A DNA stretch of 64,000 nt from a virus. A model generated the notes under the pieces. The model ran no database searches and was not told where the DNA came from. It was given only the letters and a program-made list of their open reading frames with translations. The position numbers were made by a program, and so were the translations under genes. Numbering within the stretch: the first letter of the stretch is position 1; each line of letters begins with the position of its first letter. The DNA lies in the IMG/VR virus record IMGVR_UViG_3300020455_000014, positions 3,275 through 67,274 of that record. The stretch is one strand, 5' to 3'. Below, piece after piece: positions 29,901 through 38,569 of this stretch.

Positions 29901-32900
29901 AAGTATGCCTATGTACTCAATGGCTCAAAAAGCTTTACGAGGTGGCCAATTAAAAACAGCGTTAAATATTATAGCTGGAAAAAGTTATGGTAAAAGAAAT
30001 AGAGAACTTGCAAAAGGTTTTAGTAAATATATAGGAAGTACTAAAGTTGAAGTCGTTGACAACTTACGTCTAAAAGAAACAGGAAATAAAGTTTCAGGAT
30101 TATTTGACCCTCAAACAAATACAATTAAATTAGATTCAAAGACAGGATTAAATAACCATACACTTTTCCATGAGTTAACTCATGCTACTACATCAGCTAC
30201 GCTAGCGAACCCGTCTCATCCTTTGTCTAAACAAGTTACTATGTTATATAACGCAGTCAAGGACCGCCTGGGCACAGTGTATGGGTCTAGAAATACAGAA
30301 GAATTTTTAGCTGAAGCAATAAGTAATTCAGAATTTAGAAAAGATTTAGCTACTATTTACGTCAAAAAAGAACCTTACAGCAGTCTTGATAAATTTTTAC
30401 ATGCCTTAAATAATTTTGTACGTAAGTATATATTAGGGAAAGAAACAATTACTTTACCAGATTTTAAAGGGTACACACAGTTTAGATCTCCTTTAGGTAT
30501 GTTTGATATAACTAATGCACAAGAAGAAGTTACAAGATTGGTAAATGAAATAAATGCGCCTTCCCCTAAAAATAGAGATGCGTTTGAGTTAGGGTTAGAA
30601 GATGCCAATGCAATAATAACAGATTTACAAAACATTTCTGAAAAACAAAAAGGTAAATATAATCCTAAAAAGTTTGCAAAAGAAGTTACAGCCCTAGCAA
30701 CAGGTACAGCAGGTGGTCTTGGAGCAAGAGCTAGACAACTATTACTACAACTTTTACCTATGCAAACTACTGGTGATCTTTTAAATTATCAAGATAGAGA
30801 TGGTTCAAAAAACTTTGATGGTTTAGGTATGCAGAGAGTTCTTTTTGACCAAGAAGCAGGAATTGTAAAACAAAGTGAACGAATAGAAGGTTCTATTGAA
30901 AGTATACAAAGAAATATTCCTAGAGGGAAACTAGATAATTTTAATAAAGTAGTAAGTTTAAGTAGTAGATTTCAAGTTGATCCTTCTAAAGGAAGAAAAG
31001 CATATGAAAAAGATCCTGAAAAGTTAGAAGTATGGCAAACTATGCAACCTATGTGGAATGAGCTAGGTGATAAAGGTAAAGGAGCATATCAAGATTTAAG
31101 AAATGTTTATGTAACTATGTTTAACCAATTAAAGGATGTTATTTATGGTAGAATAGACGGTTTAGACGTAAACAAGGGAGCAAAAAAACAACTAAAAGAA
31201 AAGGTTTATGGTCAATTTTTTGATAGAAATAACATTGAAGTCTATTTTCCATTAGTAAGAACTGGATCTTATTGGATAGAATTTCAAGCTAATGACCCAA
31301 ATAAAAATAATGCGTTAGAACAAGTTATTATGGCTTTTGAAAGTGAAGGACAAAGAAGAAAAGCTATATCTACTTTAAAGTCAGAGTATAACATAGACGC
31401 TAAAGCTTTCCAAAAAACAGATGCTAAAACAAAAGTTTTTGATAGAGCTCCTAGTGATTCATTTATGGCTCAAGCGTTAGATATTCTCCAAAAAGGTAAG
31501 ATAAAACCAAAGATACAAGATGAGTTTATGAACTTGTTTATTGAATCTTTACCTGAAACTTCTTTTGCAAAATCTTTTTCTCCTAGAAAAGGCACATTGG
31601 GTTTTAACGAAGATGCTATTTTAGCTTTAAAAACTAAAGGTTATAATCTTGCAAGACAAATAGAAAGATTACGACATGCCCCTGAAATAAGAAAAGAAAT
31701 ACAAAGATTAGAAGAAGTTCAAAGAAAAAATACTAGCAATATAGGGTTTACATCAGAAATTATAGAAGAACTCAAAGAAAGAGGAAAGTTTGCATTAAAT
31801 CCTCCTCCAGATAACCTTGCTAGAAATCTAAATAGATTTGCATTTGGTATGACTCTAGGGCTTAATATATCTTCTTCTTTTGTTAACTTTTCTCAAATAC
31901 CTCTTGTAATGCTTCCTTATTTAGGAGGTAAATATGGGTATGGTAAATCTACAAAAGAAATATTTAAAAACTTTTCTATATTAAAAAATAGTGGACTTAG
32001 TAGAAGTATTGCTACTGCCATCCCAGATGGAAAAGGAGGATATAAAACTCAAAAAGTACAAGCTGCACCTTCTTGGGATAACTACTACGATTTACAAAAA
32101 GATGGTACTTATAAAATAAGAGAAGACGTTAAAAATAATCCAAAATTTAAAAAAGAATTTGTTAAAGAAATAGAAGATATGCAAGCACTTGTTGAAGCTG
32201 CATCAGCTCAATTAGGTAAATCTATATTCTTTGATACTTTAGGAATACAAGGAGTTAAAAGAGGTACAAGTATTTTTGATAGCGCAAGTATGTATTCTGC
32301 GTTTTTCTTCCACCAAGTAGAAAGATTTAACAGACAGGTTGCTTTAACAACTTCTTATAAATTAGAATTAGATAGGTTAAATGGGAAAGGAAAATACCCA
32401 CCCTCTGAAGCAGAGGCAAAGCTTAGTCAAAAACAAAAACAACAAGTTGCAGCGCAAAATGCTATTTACCAAGCACAAAAAATAAATGGCGGATCGCTAC
32501 TAGTAACAGCACCAAGACTTGCTCAAAAAGGTTTGTGGCGTGTAGCACTTATGTTTAAATCTTATGGTATACAGATGTATGCTACAATGTTTCAAATAAT
32601 GTACGATGGTGCATATAACGCATGGAAAGGTTTAGGCAGCAGTGATGTTGAAGCGAGACGACAAGCTAGAATAGCACTTAAACAAATGATAGGTATTACG
32701 GGATCTTCTATAGCATTAGCAGGTATTCAAGGTTCTATAATTGGTACTTTTATATGGATGGCTAATGCTGTTCTTTGGGCAAACGGGGAAGAAGACGAAA
32801 CAGCAGAAAGTATTGTACGTGGTCATCTTGGTGAAGGTTGGTGGAAAGGGCCTCTTGTTCATTATTCAGGTGTAGACGTGTCAGCACGTATAGGTCTATC

Positions 32901-33558
32901 TAATTTGTTATGGAGAAGCAATCCATACTCTGGGGATCAATCTATGGCAGATAAGTTGTTAGAAACTTTTGGAGGACCTGCAGGTAGTGTACTTAACCAA
33001 CAATCTAGAGCAGTAGGAGAACTGGCATCAGCCTTACAAAATAAAGGTGGAAATTATGAAAAAGCTTTTCTAGGAATGTTACCTGTTGCTATAAGAAACG
33101 CTTATACAGGTATATTTGATTACGGTATTGCAGGGGAAGCTACTAACAGAAGAGGTGATGCTATTATAGATGACATTACTAAATCCGAAGCTGTTTGGAA
33201 GTTTATGGGTTTTGAATCAAAAAGAAAAACTTTTCAGCAACAGTATAGTCAGACAGCTAAAAACATAGAAAGAAATGTAGTCCAAGGGAAGTCTTTGCTT
33301 CTAAAAAGATCGAATGTAGCTAGGAGACAAAACGATTTAGAAGGAATGCAACGTGTAGAAAAAGCTATAGCAAAATATAATAGAAGATACCCATTAAATA
33401 TGATAACTCTACAAGATAGAATGAGGTCTTGGAAACGTTTTAATGAAACAACTCAAGATATAGTGGGTGGTGTGTATATCAATCCAAGAAGCCGACCAAT
33501 AATAGATCAAAATATAGGTGATTGGAACATGGATACAGGTCTATTTGATTTTATTTAA
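26902..33558 (+). CDS. Very large internal/ejected polyvalent protein with zincin metallopeptidase and PLxRFG-like domains
   Basis: 2218 aa; GLFDP...TLFHELTH...EEFLAEA zincin; YFPLVRTGSYW; helical C-terminus; last late gene. Confidence 0.7.
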   Translation: MATYEIYKKDGTPVRVQGPPNLSFKEVLSIYESGGKSAPSQPSVSQPRIKAREPDVLDRLGEIPKSVGRGVLNYLEDGIKGWTIPLSEGPESYLRDKITGGIGALREYTKPDLYFQQAQMDPNASFMDVVPNKFGEALGSFVGIGGTALIPGAGIPLAAGLVVGGGMEEQKQRAIAAGKLDQLSAREVLYGGAVGVTELIPIRLLRDGSKASLTVLNRLKRAFITGGVEGLQEASAQYAQNWIEQTGYNPQVELEEGTGEAFAYGDAVGFFVQGVMDLIAPRRGVRATTVAQELEDIGVTPKDDDPSTKAPGAPIVGEGGQFEFDLGKDTKGPKILSKEREAKELGVPTLTKKEIAQREKDLLKTDTEEQLEFDLRKPIEDKKPVKEEQLELDLPAPRKRPTIVEEDSGQIGFDFDKKPKNTKEAVEKIIKERVQEKENVASNIDKRTDGVSTKDSGQDAVSKGDIGIDSEGAKASTSDGLGNIGRDTRPDNVAEEQRDDTLTPLQKSILDTYRKTGVVPPFQDRSAKIFKRMGYDVKNQEDIANALKDLEAKDTTDTTQVEPPVATPPVAAQPKKGQMELFPGVNLGTTTRPEEVVEDQPDTPVTDPNQLEIDFNKKETQDLLSLVVDDTLPGFDEKNQKAIDYENETFDRDMARGEALAEAFKKIEKGLIDKGILEGRAIRRAIEKAKPKIKVTSDQAKEIIKKDKVTQKQIAKDKQKETAKTAEAKEKTAKKRAYEKDAPKRLEAKKIINDIYEGNAKKPQTGTQKGALLKEFHDNQELNKDTVDYKIISSDLASIGILMNTSDYKLKKEFPPKEGQASIGVSAKRYFTKSSNPNVVISMIIEDSLGDINYRADPEVSAAENAFYEFTGPKEAKNALLWIKENLGTDLNNTIEEKIKDSTTEIASEEFGKVILTSKTNAEVNAIVAKNEKQQDFNDALDKQGLLRGGLDPFKVDSDMRNFSLDNYGKGKSNVSLAAMKPTLNKMGEKGLDQSSTLLLSMPMYSMAQKALRGGQLKTALNIIAGKSYGKRNRELAKGFSKYIGSTKVEVVDNLRLKETGNKVSGLFDPQTNTIKLDSKTGLNNHTLFHELTHATTSATLANPSHPLSKQVTMLYNAVKDRLGTVYGSRNTEEFLAEAISNSEFRKDLATIYVKKEPYSSLDKFLHALNNFVRKYILGKETITLPDFKGYTQFRSPLGMFDITNAQEEVTRLVNEINAPSPKNRDAFELGLEDANAIITDLQNISEKQKGKYNPKKFAKEVTALATGTAGGLGARARQLLLQLLPMQTTGDLLNYQDRDGSKNFDGLGMQRVLFDQEAGIVKQSERIEGSIESIQRNIPRGKLDNFNKVVSLSSRFQVDPSKGRKAYEKDPEKLEVWQTMQPMWNELGDKGKGAYQDLRNVYVTMFNQLKDVIYGRIDGLDVNKGAKKQLKEKVYGQFFDRNNIEVYFPLVRTGSYWIEFQANDPNKNNALEQVIMAFESEGQRRKAISTLKSEYNIDAKAFQKTDAKTKVFDRAPSDSFMAQALDILQKGKIKPKIQDEFMNLFIESLPETSFAKSFSPRKGTLGFNEDAILALKTKGYNLARQIERLRHAPEIRKEIQRLEEVQRKNTSNIGFTSEIIEELKERGKFALNPPPDNLARNLNRFAFGMTLGLNISSSFVNFSQIPLVMLPYLGGKYGYGKSTKEIFKNFSILKNSGLSRSIATAIPDGKGGYKTQKVQAAPSWDNYYDLQKDGTYKIREDVKNNPKFKKEFVKEIEDMQALVEAASAQLGKSIFFDTLGIQGVKRGTSIFDSASMYSAFFFHQVERFNRQVALTTSYKLELDRLNGKGKYPPSEAEAKLSQKQKQQVAAQNAIYQAQKINGGSLLVTAPRLAQKGLWRVALMFKSYGIQMYATMFQIMYDGAYNAWKGLGSSDVEARRQARIALKQMIGITGSSIALAGIQGSIIGTFIWMANAVLWANGEEDETAESIVRGHLGEGWWKGPLVHYSGVDVSARIGLSNLLWRSNPYSGDQSMADKLLETFGGPAGSVLNQQSRAVGELASALQNKGGNYEKAFLGMLPVAIRNAYTGIFDYGIAGEATNRRGDAIIDDITKSEAVWKFMGFESKRKTFQQQYSQTAKNIERNVVQGKSLLLKRSNVARRQNDLEGMQRVEKAIAKYNRRYPLNMITLQDRMRSWKRFNETTQDIVGGVYINPRSRPIIDQNIGDWNMDTGLFDFI

Positions 33559-33948
33559 ACACTTATTCCACGTATCTTTTTCCACATTAGGAACTAAAAA
33601 TGTATTTTTTGAACGTTTTGTATTTGCCGTTAACACTGGCAGAGAGAATATTACTTTTTTAATATCTAAAGCTACCAAAGCTATGACATCACAATCTTCT
33701 TTGGTTAAACGTTTTTTAGTTTTACCCAATGCAGTAGAGAATCTATAGAAGGGTGTGCCACCACTCTTTACATCGTTTCTAAATTTATAGTGGCTACCTT
33801 TTACTTGTATTCTTATAAGTTTTTGCCCAACAGTTGCTAAAATATCAGTAGCACCAATGTTGACTATCTTACAACTTACATCCATTTCAAGAAGACATAT
33901 GGCACATATATGTTCTCCTATATCTCCTTTTTGTAGTGCTTTATTCAT
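33541..33948 (-). CDS. PD-(D/E)xK endonuclease (free-standing homing-type)
   Basis: KGDIGEH...DIL...RIQVK...DVIALV motif order. Confidence 0.7.
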   Translation of the reverse strand: MNKALQKGDIGEHICAICLLEMDVSCKIVNIGATDILATVGQKLIRIQVKGSHYKFRNDVKSGGTPFYRFSTALGKTKKRLTKEDCDVIALVALDIKKVIFSLPVLTANTKRSKNTFLVPNVEKDTWNKCLNKIK

Positions 33949-33950
33949 AC

Positions 33951-33979
33951 AAAAACCCCCCCTGTGTTAGAGGAGGGGT
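33951..33979 (-). terminator. Intrinsic terminator
   Basis: ACCCCUCCU-cuaacac-AGGGGGGGU 9-bp stem followed by UUUU. Confidence 0.75.
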
Positions 33980-34011
33980 AGGAGGGAGAACGACAGTGCG
34001 AGGATACTGCC
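33951..34011 (-). ncRNA. Candidate ~61-nt small RNA with anti-Shine-Dalgarno motifs
   Basis: GGCAGU-auccucgc-ACUGUC hairpin, GUUCUCCCUCCU linker, terminator hairpin; own promoter directly upstream. Confidence 0.55.
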
Positions 34012-34017
34012 AAATAC

Positions 34018-34046
34018 AATATAACACATTACTGTGTGTGTTGTAA
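34018..34046 (-). promoter_or_regulatory. Sigma70-like promoter for the candidate sRNA
   Basis: TTACAA-17 bp-TATATT with TG extension. Confidence 0.55.
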
Positions 34047-34445
34047 CTATTTTCTTTCATAAAAGATGTGGCTACCAACTCTTTTTACCTCTTTTACGTC
34101 AGTTAACCAATAAGGTTTGATGCTTTTGTGGTGATAATGTGTGACATTTTTGCCGACTGCTCTTACATTTCCTGCGTTTAACATAACCATTCTTGCTAAT
34201 CTTATCGCTCTGTCAAACTCTTTTTTCTCGTGCGGAGTATCAGATATGTTATCACAAGTCCAACTAAATGCACAAGATTTCTTTCCTTTTTGATATACAA
34301 CACCACATACATCATTTGGATAGTATTTTGATTCTACTCTATTTAATGTAACTTCTGCTACTGCAACTCTACCAGCTATAGGCTCACTACGAGCTTCATG
34401 GTAAATATTCATAGCTAAACATATTAACGCGCTCTGTAATAACAT
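34047..34445 (-). CDS. Cell wall hydrolase, SleB/Hydrolase_2 family
   Basis: CLAMNIYHEARSE...AVAEVTLNRV...CGVVYQ...FSW...THYH...PYW...HIFY. Confidence 0.85.
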   Translation of the reverse strand: MLLQSALICLAMNIYHEARSEPIAGRVAVAEVTLNRVESKYYPNDVCGVVYQKGKKSCAFSWTCDNISDTPHEKKEFDRAIRLARMVMLNAGNVRAVGKNVTHYHHKSIKPYWLTDVKEVKRVGSHIFYERK

Positions 34446-34537
34446 CTTCTCCCTACCTTATGTCTTAACCTAGTTATAGGCATTCTTCTTGTGCCTAACC
34501 AGTGGTTTACAAATCTAAATATATTACCTTGCCACAT
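34424..34537 (-). CDS. Putative 37-aa basic peptide (not in ORF track)
   Basis: MWQGNIFRFVNHWLGTRR...; TAATG coupling to the upstream gene, GGAGG upstream. Confidence 0.3.
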   Translation of the reverse strand: MWQGNIFRFVNHWLGTRRMPITRLRHKVGRRCYYRAR

Positions 34538-34767
34538 TATGATAACCTCCATACACGTATTCCAAGTTTGTTACCCTCTATCCTAACGTGGATTTTGATC
34601 CCCCAGTCTTTTCGTTTTGCTACTTTGTTAACTTGGTCAATAGCTTTTTCGGTATTAACACAGGGTATAAATATAGATGCGTTTGGTATCATCTTTTCCC
34701 AGTTAACAATTATTCTAACACGATCTGGGTTTAAATCAAAGTTCTTCAGTACCCCCTGTTTCATCAT
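34537..34767 (-). CDS. Hypothetical protein
   Basis: 76 aa, SIFIPC...GIRVWR; overlaps the primase 3' end. Confidence 0.6.
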   Translation of the reverse strand: MMKQGVLKNFDLNPDRVRIIVNWEKMIPNASIFIPCVNTEKAIDQVNKVAKRKDWGIKIHVRIEGNKLGIRVWRLS

Positions 34768-37498
34768 CTATACCTATCTTACAGTCTACTATAATAACAT
34801 TTGCTGGAGGTAAGTTAAGATGTGTTCCCTTACTTAGTCTAACCTTACCTCTAACAGCACCTAGTTTATCCCTTAAATCATTAGTAAAAGAACTATAATC
34901 TATTTGATGTGCTCCACACCATTTCTTCAATGGTTTTGGTAATAAAAATATTTTCTTTAAATCTGTTTCATACCTAGCTACTAATTCACCTCGTGGTACA
35001 GCTTCGGGTACAACAAGCGTGGAAGCATCTGCCCTCGCATCATCAGTGCTTTTTATCCATAAGACTTTACTATAATGCTCATGTATGTAGTCGTTTAATA
35101 CTTCTTCCACTGAAGCACCCATATCATTACTAGAATGAATATTCTTCTTTAATTGTTTGATAATAAACTGAAATAGTTTCTTAGTATCATAATCCACTAA
35201 GCCTAGTTTCTTAGCTATAATTATACCTGTCATAGAACAAGCACTTAACGCAGACCAAAATCTATTCTTTGCTGTAAGTCCCGCAACGGTATCAATTTTT
35301 ATTTGTACTTTTTTTAATAATTCTTTAGTGCCTTCTATATCATTAAGGATTGATTTAATGTATACTTTACCTGCATGTCCATAGTTACTATAGAGTAGAG
35401 AGTTAAATGCGTCTGTTTCCTCTTTTGTTTCAAACCTCATTTCTTTTGTTTTACATTCTAAGATTCTTTGTGCTTCTGCTTTTGGCATTGCTTTTTTCAG
35501 CCCTATCTTATCCACGATACTTAGATTGGCACTGGTTACCGCCAACAATTGCCAAGGAAGACCACGATATCGTTCAACGTTAGAACCTCCGCTCATACGA
35601 TTTCTTTGTCTACCATTTGTAAGTTGGTAAGCTAAATCACTTAAATGTGAAGAATCACTATTTGTTAATTCGTCTAATATTAATGGTAGGTTATGAAATA
35701 CCTCTGCCCTATTCATCATAGACGCGGCTGTATCTGCTACGTTACACATTAATTCTTTCGGATCACCCCACACAGATAAACATGCTTCTTGTACAGTAGA
35801 TTTTCCTATTCCTGTATCTCCATTTAAATGCAAAACTCCACAATGTAGAGTTGTAAATCTCATAAGGGGAGAACCGAATGCAGTTGCAAGTACAAACTGA
35901 TGTATTTCAAAGTTATCTCTATTATAAAAGTTTGCCATCTCTTTCCATTTTTCAAGGCTACCTTTTGGTTCAAAATGTTCTATGGTGCTTATAGTTTGAG
36001 TAGAAGGAGGGTTAGACTTTACACCATCTTTGGTTATCTCTTCTTTGCCTATAATAAATCTATCGTATGATTCACCTATCCACCCATATTGTTTATGAGC
36101 TATATCGGCTTCCCCTTGCAGTTGTAGTTCGTTTACCCAAGCTGTTGTATATGTCATAAGTTCATCCATCTTAGTTACTGCCACGCCCTGCATGGCCATG
36201 TGTTTTCTAAATTCTTCTCTTGATGTTACAGCAGTTAAAGGAACTGTAAACTCTCTAACACCATCTTTTGGTAGATGCAGTCGCATGACGACACCTTCTC
36301 CCGTTTCGGGATCTTTCAGTCTACTAACAACGTATAAGTCGTTATGGTATATTAACTTGTCCTCTGGATCGCCATCCGCATTGGAGTATCTCACATATAC
36401 TCCACCATTTTTACCTCTAAAATAAGGGGAAGGATACTTAGGTATATTACTTTTTATACCCAATGCTTCTTCTATTTCTTCATCTGATTCTTTTATTCTA
36501 GAGCCTAACACAAGAGGGGATTTTATCTTACCCCAAAAAGGACAACTAGGGCAGATGTCGGGGTTGTGTTGGTCAAACGTACTACAGAGATAAGGCCCCT
36601 CTATCCTGTTCATCTTATCTATTGTTTTTTCTTCTGAATACTCTGGATGTTTTTTTGATATATTTATTGATGCTTTATCTGCATCTACACAAAACTTTGC
36701 GATAGACAAACCACCTCTCCACAGTGGTTCACTTATAGTAGCTTGGTTTTTTATAATGTATTTTATCTGTTCGCAGCCGTTACCCTTTATTGTTCTTTGG
36801 AGAATACGCATAAATACATTCTCCATGTTATCATGTAATTTTTCTTTTGTAGCACTCGGAGGTAACTTTTCTTTTGTTGTTTCTATATTTCCAAGTGTGG
36901 CGGAGAAAGACTGAAAGACATGCGCCCCTTGTGTATTTCCTAACACCTTAACTTGTAATGGTGTGTTACCCTTGAAGTTGTGGGACCCTGGAACACGTAA
37001 AACCCTAGCACCATCAGAGGTCACGGCAGGGTCAGCTAATAAGTTATACTCTGCACATAATGATTTTAATTTTTCTGCTACAGGAAACCAATCTTTGTAT
37101 TCTACTTCTGTTTCTAAAGGCCAATAACAGTGCACTCCATTTCCAGAATCTACTATAACAGGTTTTGGTAACTTAACCTTCTGACAAAAATGTCGTAGGG
37201 CTGTCAAAGCTTCGCCTTTGTTTGGGTAATCTTTTGTTTCGCCACAATCTAAGTCAAGGAAGAAAGACTTTAGATATTGTATGTTATCTACCTTCCTTGA
37301 ACCATCTTCTTTAAAAGTGGCTAACGCATAAAATGTGTTATAATTATTACCGTCTAGATATTTAGTTTGTTCTATAGCTTCGTCTACTGACGAATAAAAT
37401 TTCTGTATAACCGAATCACCTTTGTATCCCCATACACAATATGATCCTTTGTTACTTAATACAGATTGTAAAAATTCTTTTGTTTCCATGATATCCAC
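34736..37498 (-). CDS. Primase-helicase (RepB/AEP-like primase N-terminus, DUF927-type P-loop helicase)
   Basis: FFLDLD, VDSGNGVHCYW and RVLRVPG primase motifs; CxxC; GDTGIGKS Walker A, LILDE Walker B; start probably ATG 37489. Confidence 0.8.
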   Translation of the reverse strand: MDIMETKEFLQSVLSNKGSYCVWGYKGDSVIQKFYSSVDEAIEQTKYLDGNNYNTFYALATFKEDGSRKVDNIQYLKSFFLDLDCGETKDYPNKGEALTALRHFCQKVKLPKPVIVDSGNGVHCYWPLETEVEYKDWFPVAEKLKSLCAEYNLLADPAVTSDGARVLRVPGSHNFKGNTPLQVKVLGNTQGAHVFQSFSATLGNIETTKEKLPPSATKEKLHDNMENVFMRILQRTIKGNGCEQIKYIIKNQATISEPLWRGGLSIAKFCVDADKASINISKKHPEYSEEKTIDKMNRIEGPYLCSTFDQHNPDICPSCPFWGKIKSPLVLGSRIKESDEEIEEALGIKSNIPKYPSPYFRGKNGGVYVRYSNADGDPEDKLIYHNDLYVVSRLKDPETGEGVVMRLHLPKDGVREFTVPLTAVTSREEFRKHMAMQGVAVTKMDELMTYTTAWVNELQLQGEADIAHKQYGWIGESYDRFIIGKEEITKDGVKSNPPSTQTISTIEHFEPKGSLEKWKEMANFYNRDNFEIHQFVLATAFGSPLMRFTTLHCGVLHLNGDTGIGKSTVQEACLSVWGDPKELMCNVADTAASMMNRAEVFHNLPLILDELTNSDSSHLSDLAYQLTNGRQRNRMSGGSNVERYRGLPWQLLAVTSANLSIVDKIGLKKAMPKAEAQRILECKTKEMRFETKEETDAFNSLLYSNYGHAGKVYIKSILNDIEGTKELLKKVQIKIDTVAGLTAKNRFWSALSACSMTGIIIAKKLGLVDYDTKKLFQFIIKQLKKNIHSSNDMGASVEEVLNDYIHEHYSKVLWIKSTDDARADASTLVVPEAVPRGELVARYETDLKKIFLLPKPLKKWCGAHQIDYSSFTNDLRDKLGAVRGKVRLSKGTHLNLPPANVIIVDCKIGIDDETGGTEEL

Positions 37499-37511
37499 CC
37501 TTCAATAAAGA

Positions 37512-37595
37512 CACCGTGGCAGGGGCATTTTGCACTATGCCCTTTTCGGATAGCGAAATGGAGGAACGCTTTGGGTACAACTCCTAGCCACAGTG
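37512..37595 (-). ncRNA. Structured multi-stem RNA element upstream of the primase-helicase gene
   Basis: CACUGUGGC/GCCACGGUG closing stem, GGA/UCC, AGCG/CGCU and GGGCAU/AUGCCC stems; GAAAA junction. Confidence 0.55.
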
Positions 37596-37610
37596 AAGTG
37601 TATTGTTTAC

Positions 37611-38285
37611 CTAGTCATCCCAGTTGTCAACAATATCACTTAACTCATCATCAGTCTGTTGGTTGGGTGGTTTTACAGGATCAGACTTCTTGACAAGTTT
37701 CTTTGGTTCTTCGACTTTCTGTTCTTCTTGAAATGCGTTATCAAGATCAGCAGACGAATCGAAACCATCTTCCTCCTCAAATGGAGAAGGTTCTTCCATA
37801 GGAATATACTTTAATACTTGCACTGCCCTTAGTCTTAGGGAAACACCTGCTTCCCCTCTCATAAACCAAGGGTAAAAAGATACAAGTACGTTAACCTTAC
37901 TTCCAGTAGTTAGGAGAAAATCTACATCTAACTTATTACCTTTTGCATCATATTGTGATGGCTTTCTAGTAGCATCTTGTCCATAAGCACCCTTTAACCT
38001 AGCCTTACCTATGTACATACCATCTTCATCTTTTGCAAACGGCATCTTTAATTTTTCTGGCCAACCTTTTGCTTTCTTAGCCGTAAAAGATTTAGCCATT
38101 TCTTTGTATAACTCTTTGGCCTGTGATTCAGTCATTTTAAACTGCATGGAATACTCTGCTCCATCGTCAAAAGCACTACAAGTTACAGACCTATTTTCGG
38201 CACTATCAAACCTGTAAGTAGTATTTATTTTAGGCCATAAAGCTTCTACATTTTTTACTTTAAAATTTGCACTCATCTCTGCCAT
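37611..38285 (-). CDS. ssb: Single-stranded DNA-binding protein (T7 gp2.5-like fold)
   Basis: GSKVNV...GVSLRLRAVQVL motif, acidic tail ending DNWDD; replication module. Confidence 0.7.
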   Translation of the reverse strand: MAEMSANFKVKNVEALWPKINTTYRFDSAENRSVTCSAFDDGAEYSMQFKMTESQAKELYKEMAKSFTAKKAKGWPEKLKMPFAKDEDGMYIGKARLKGAYGQDATRKPSQYDAKGNKLDVDFLLTTGSKVNVLVSFYPWFMRGEAGVSLRLRAVQVLKYIPMEEPSPFEEEDGFDSSADLDNAFQEEQKVEEPKKLVKKSDPVKPPNQQTDDELSDIVDNWDD

Positions 38286-38296
38286 TCTCGATTCTC

Positions 38297-38569
38297 CTAT
38301 CTATCAAAATCAAATTCTAGTTGTTCTTCTTGAGCTTCCTCTTGCTCTATGTCCTCACTTATTGAGTCCATAAGCTCTTCTGGTGAGTGCATGTCTACAC
38401 TCTTTAATGCTTCCGCTACATCGCTTACACGAAATCGGTAAGTACTACCAACTTTTATGTAAGTTTCTTGGGGTATATACGACTGCCTTACCCAAGCACG
38501 AATTGTAGATATAGAGACGGAAAAATGTTTTGCAACACTCTCTATAGGTACGTATGGTTCTTGACTCAT
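38297..38569 (-). CDS. Excisionase/MerR-like helix-turn-helix DNA-binding protein
   Basis: IESVAKHFSVSISTIRAWVRQSYIP..IKVGSTYRF. Confidence 0.75.
   Translation of the reverse strand: MSQEPYVPIESVAKHFSVSISTIRAWVRQSYIPQETYIKVGSTYRFRVSDVAEALKSVDMHSPEELMDSISEDIEQEEAQEEQLEFDFDR

Noticed and set aside
37512-37595. tRNA or hammerhead ribozyme
   Set aside because: No T-loop/D-loop consensus or CCA end, and no CUGAUGA core despite the GAAA.
38297-38569. Evidence of a prophage integration module
   Set aside because: An Xis-like HTH alone is insufficient; no integrase, att-like flanks or host genes are present in the window.
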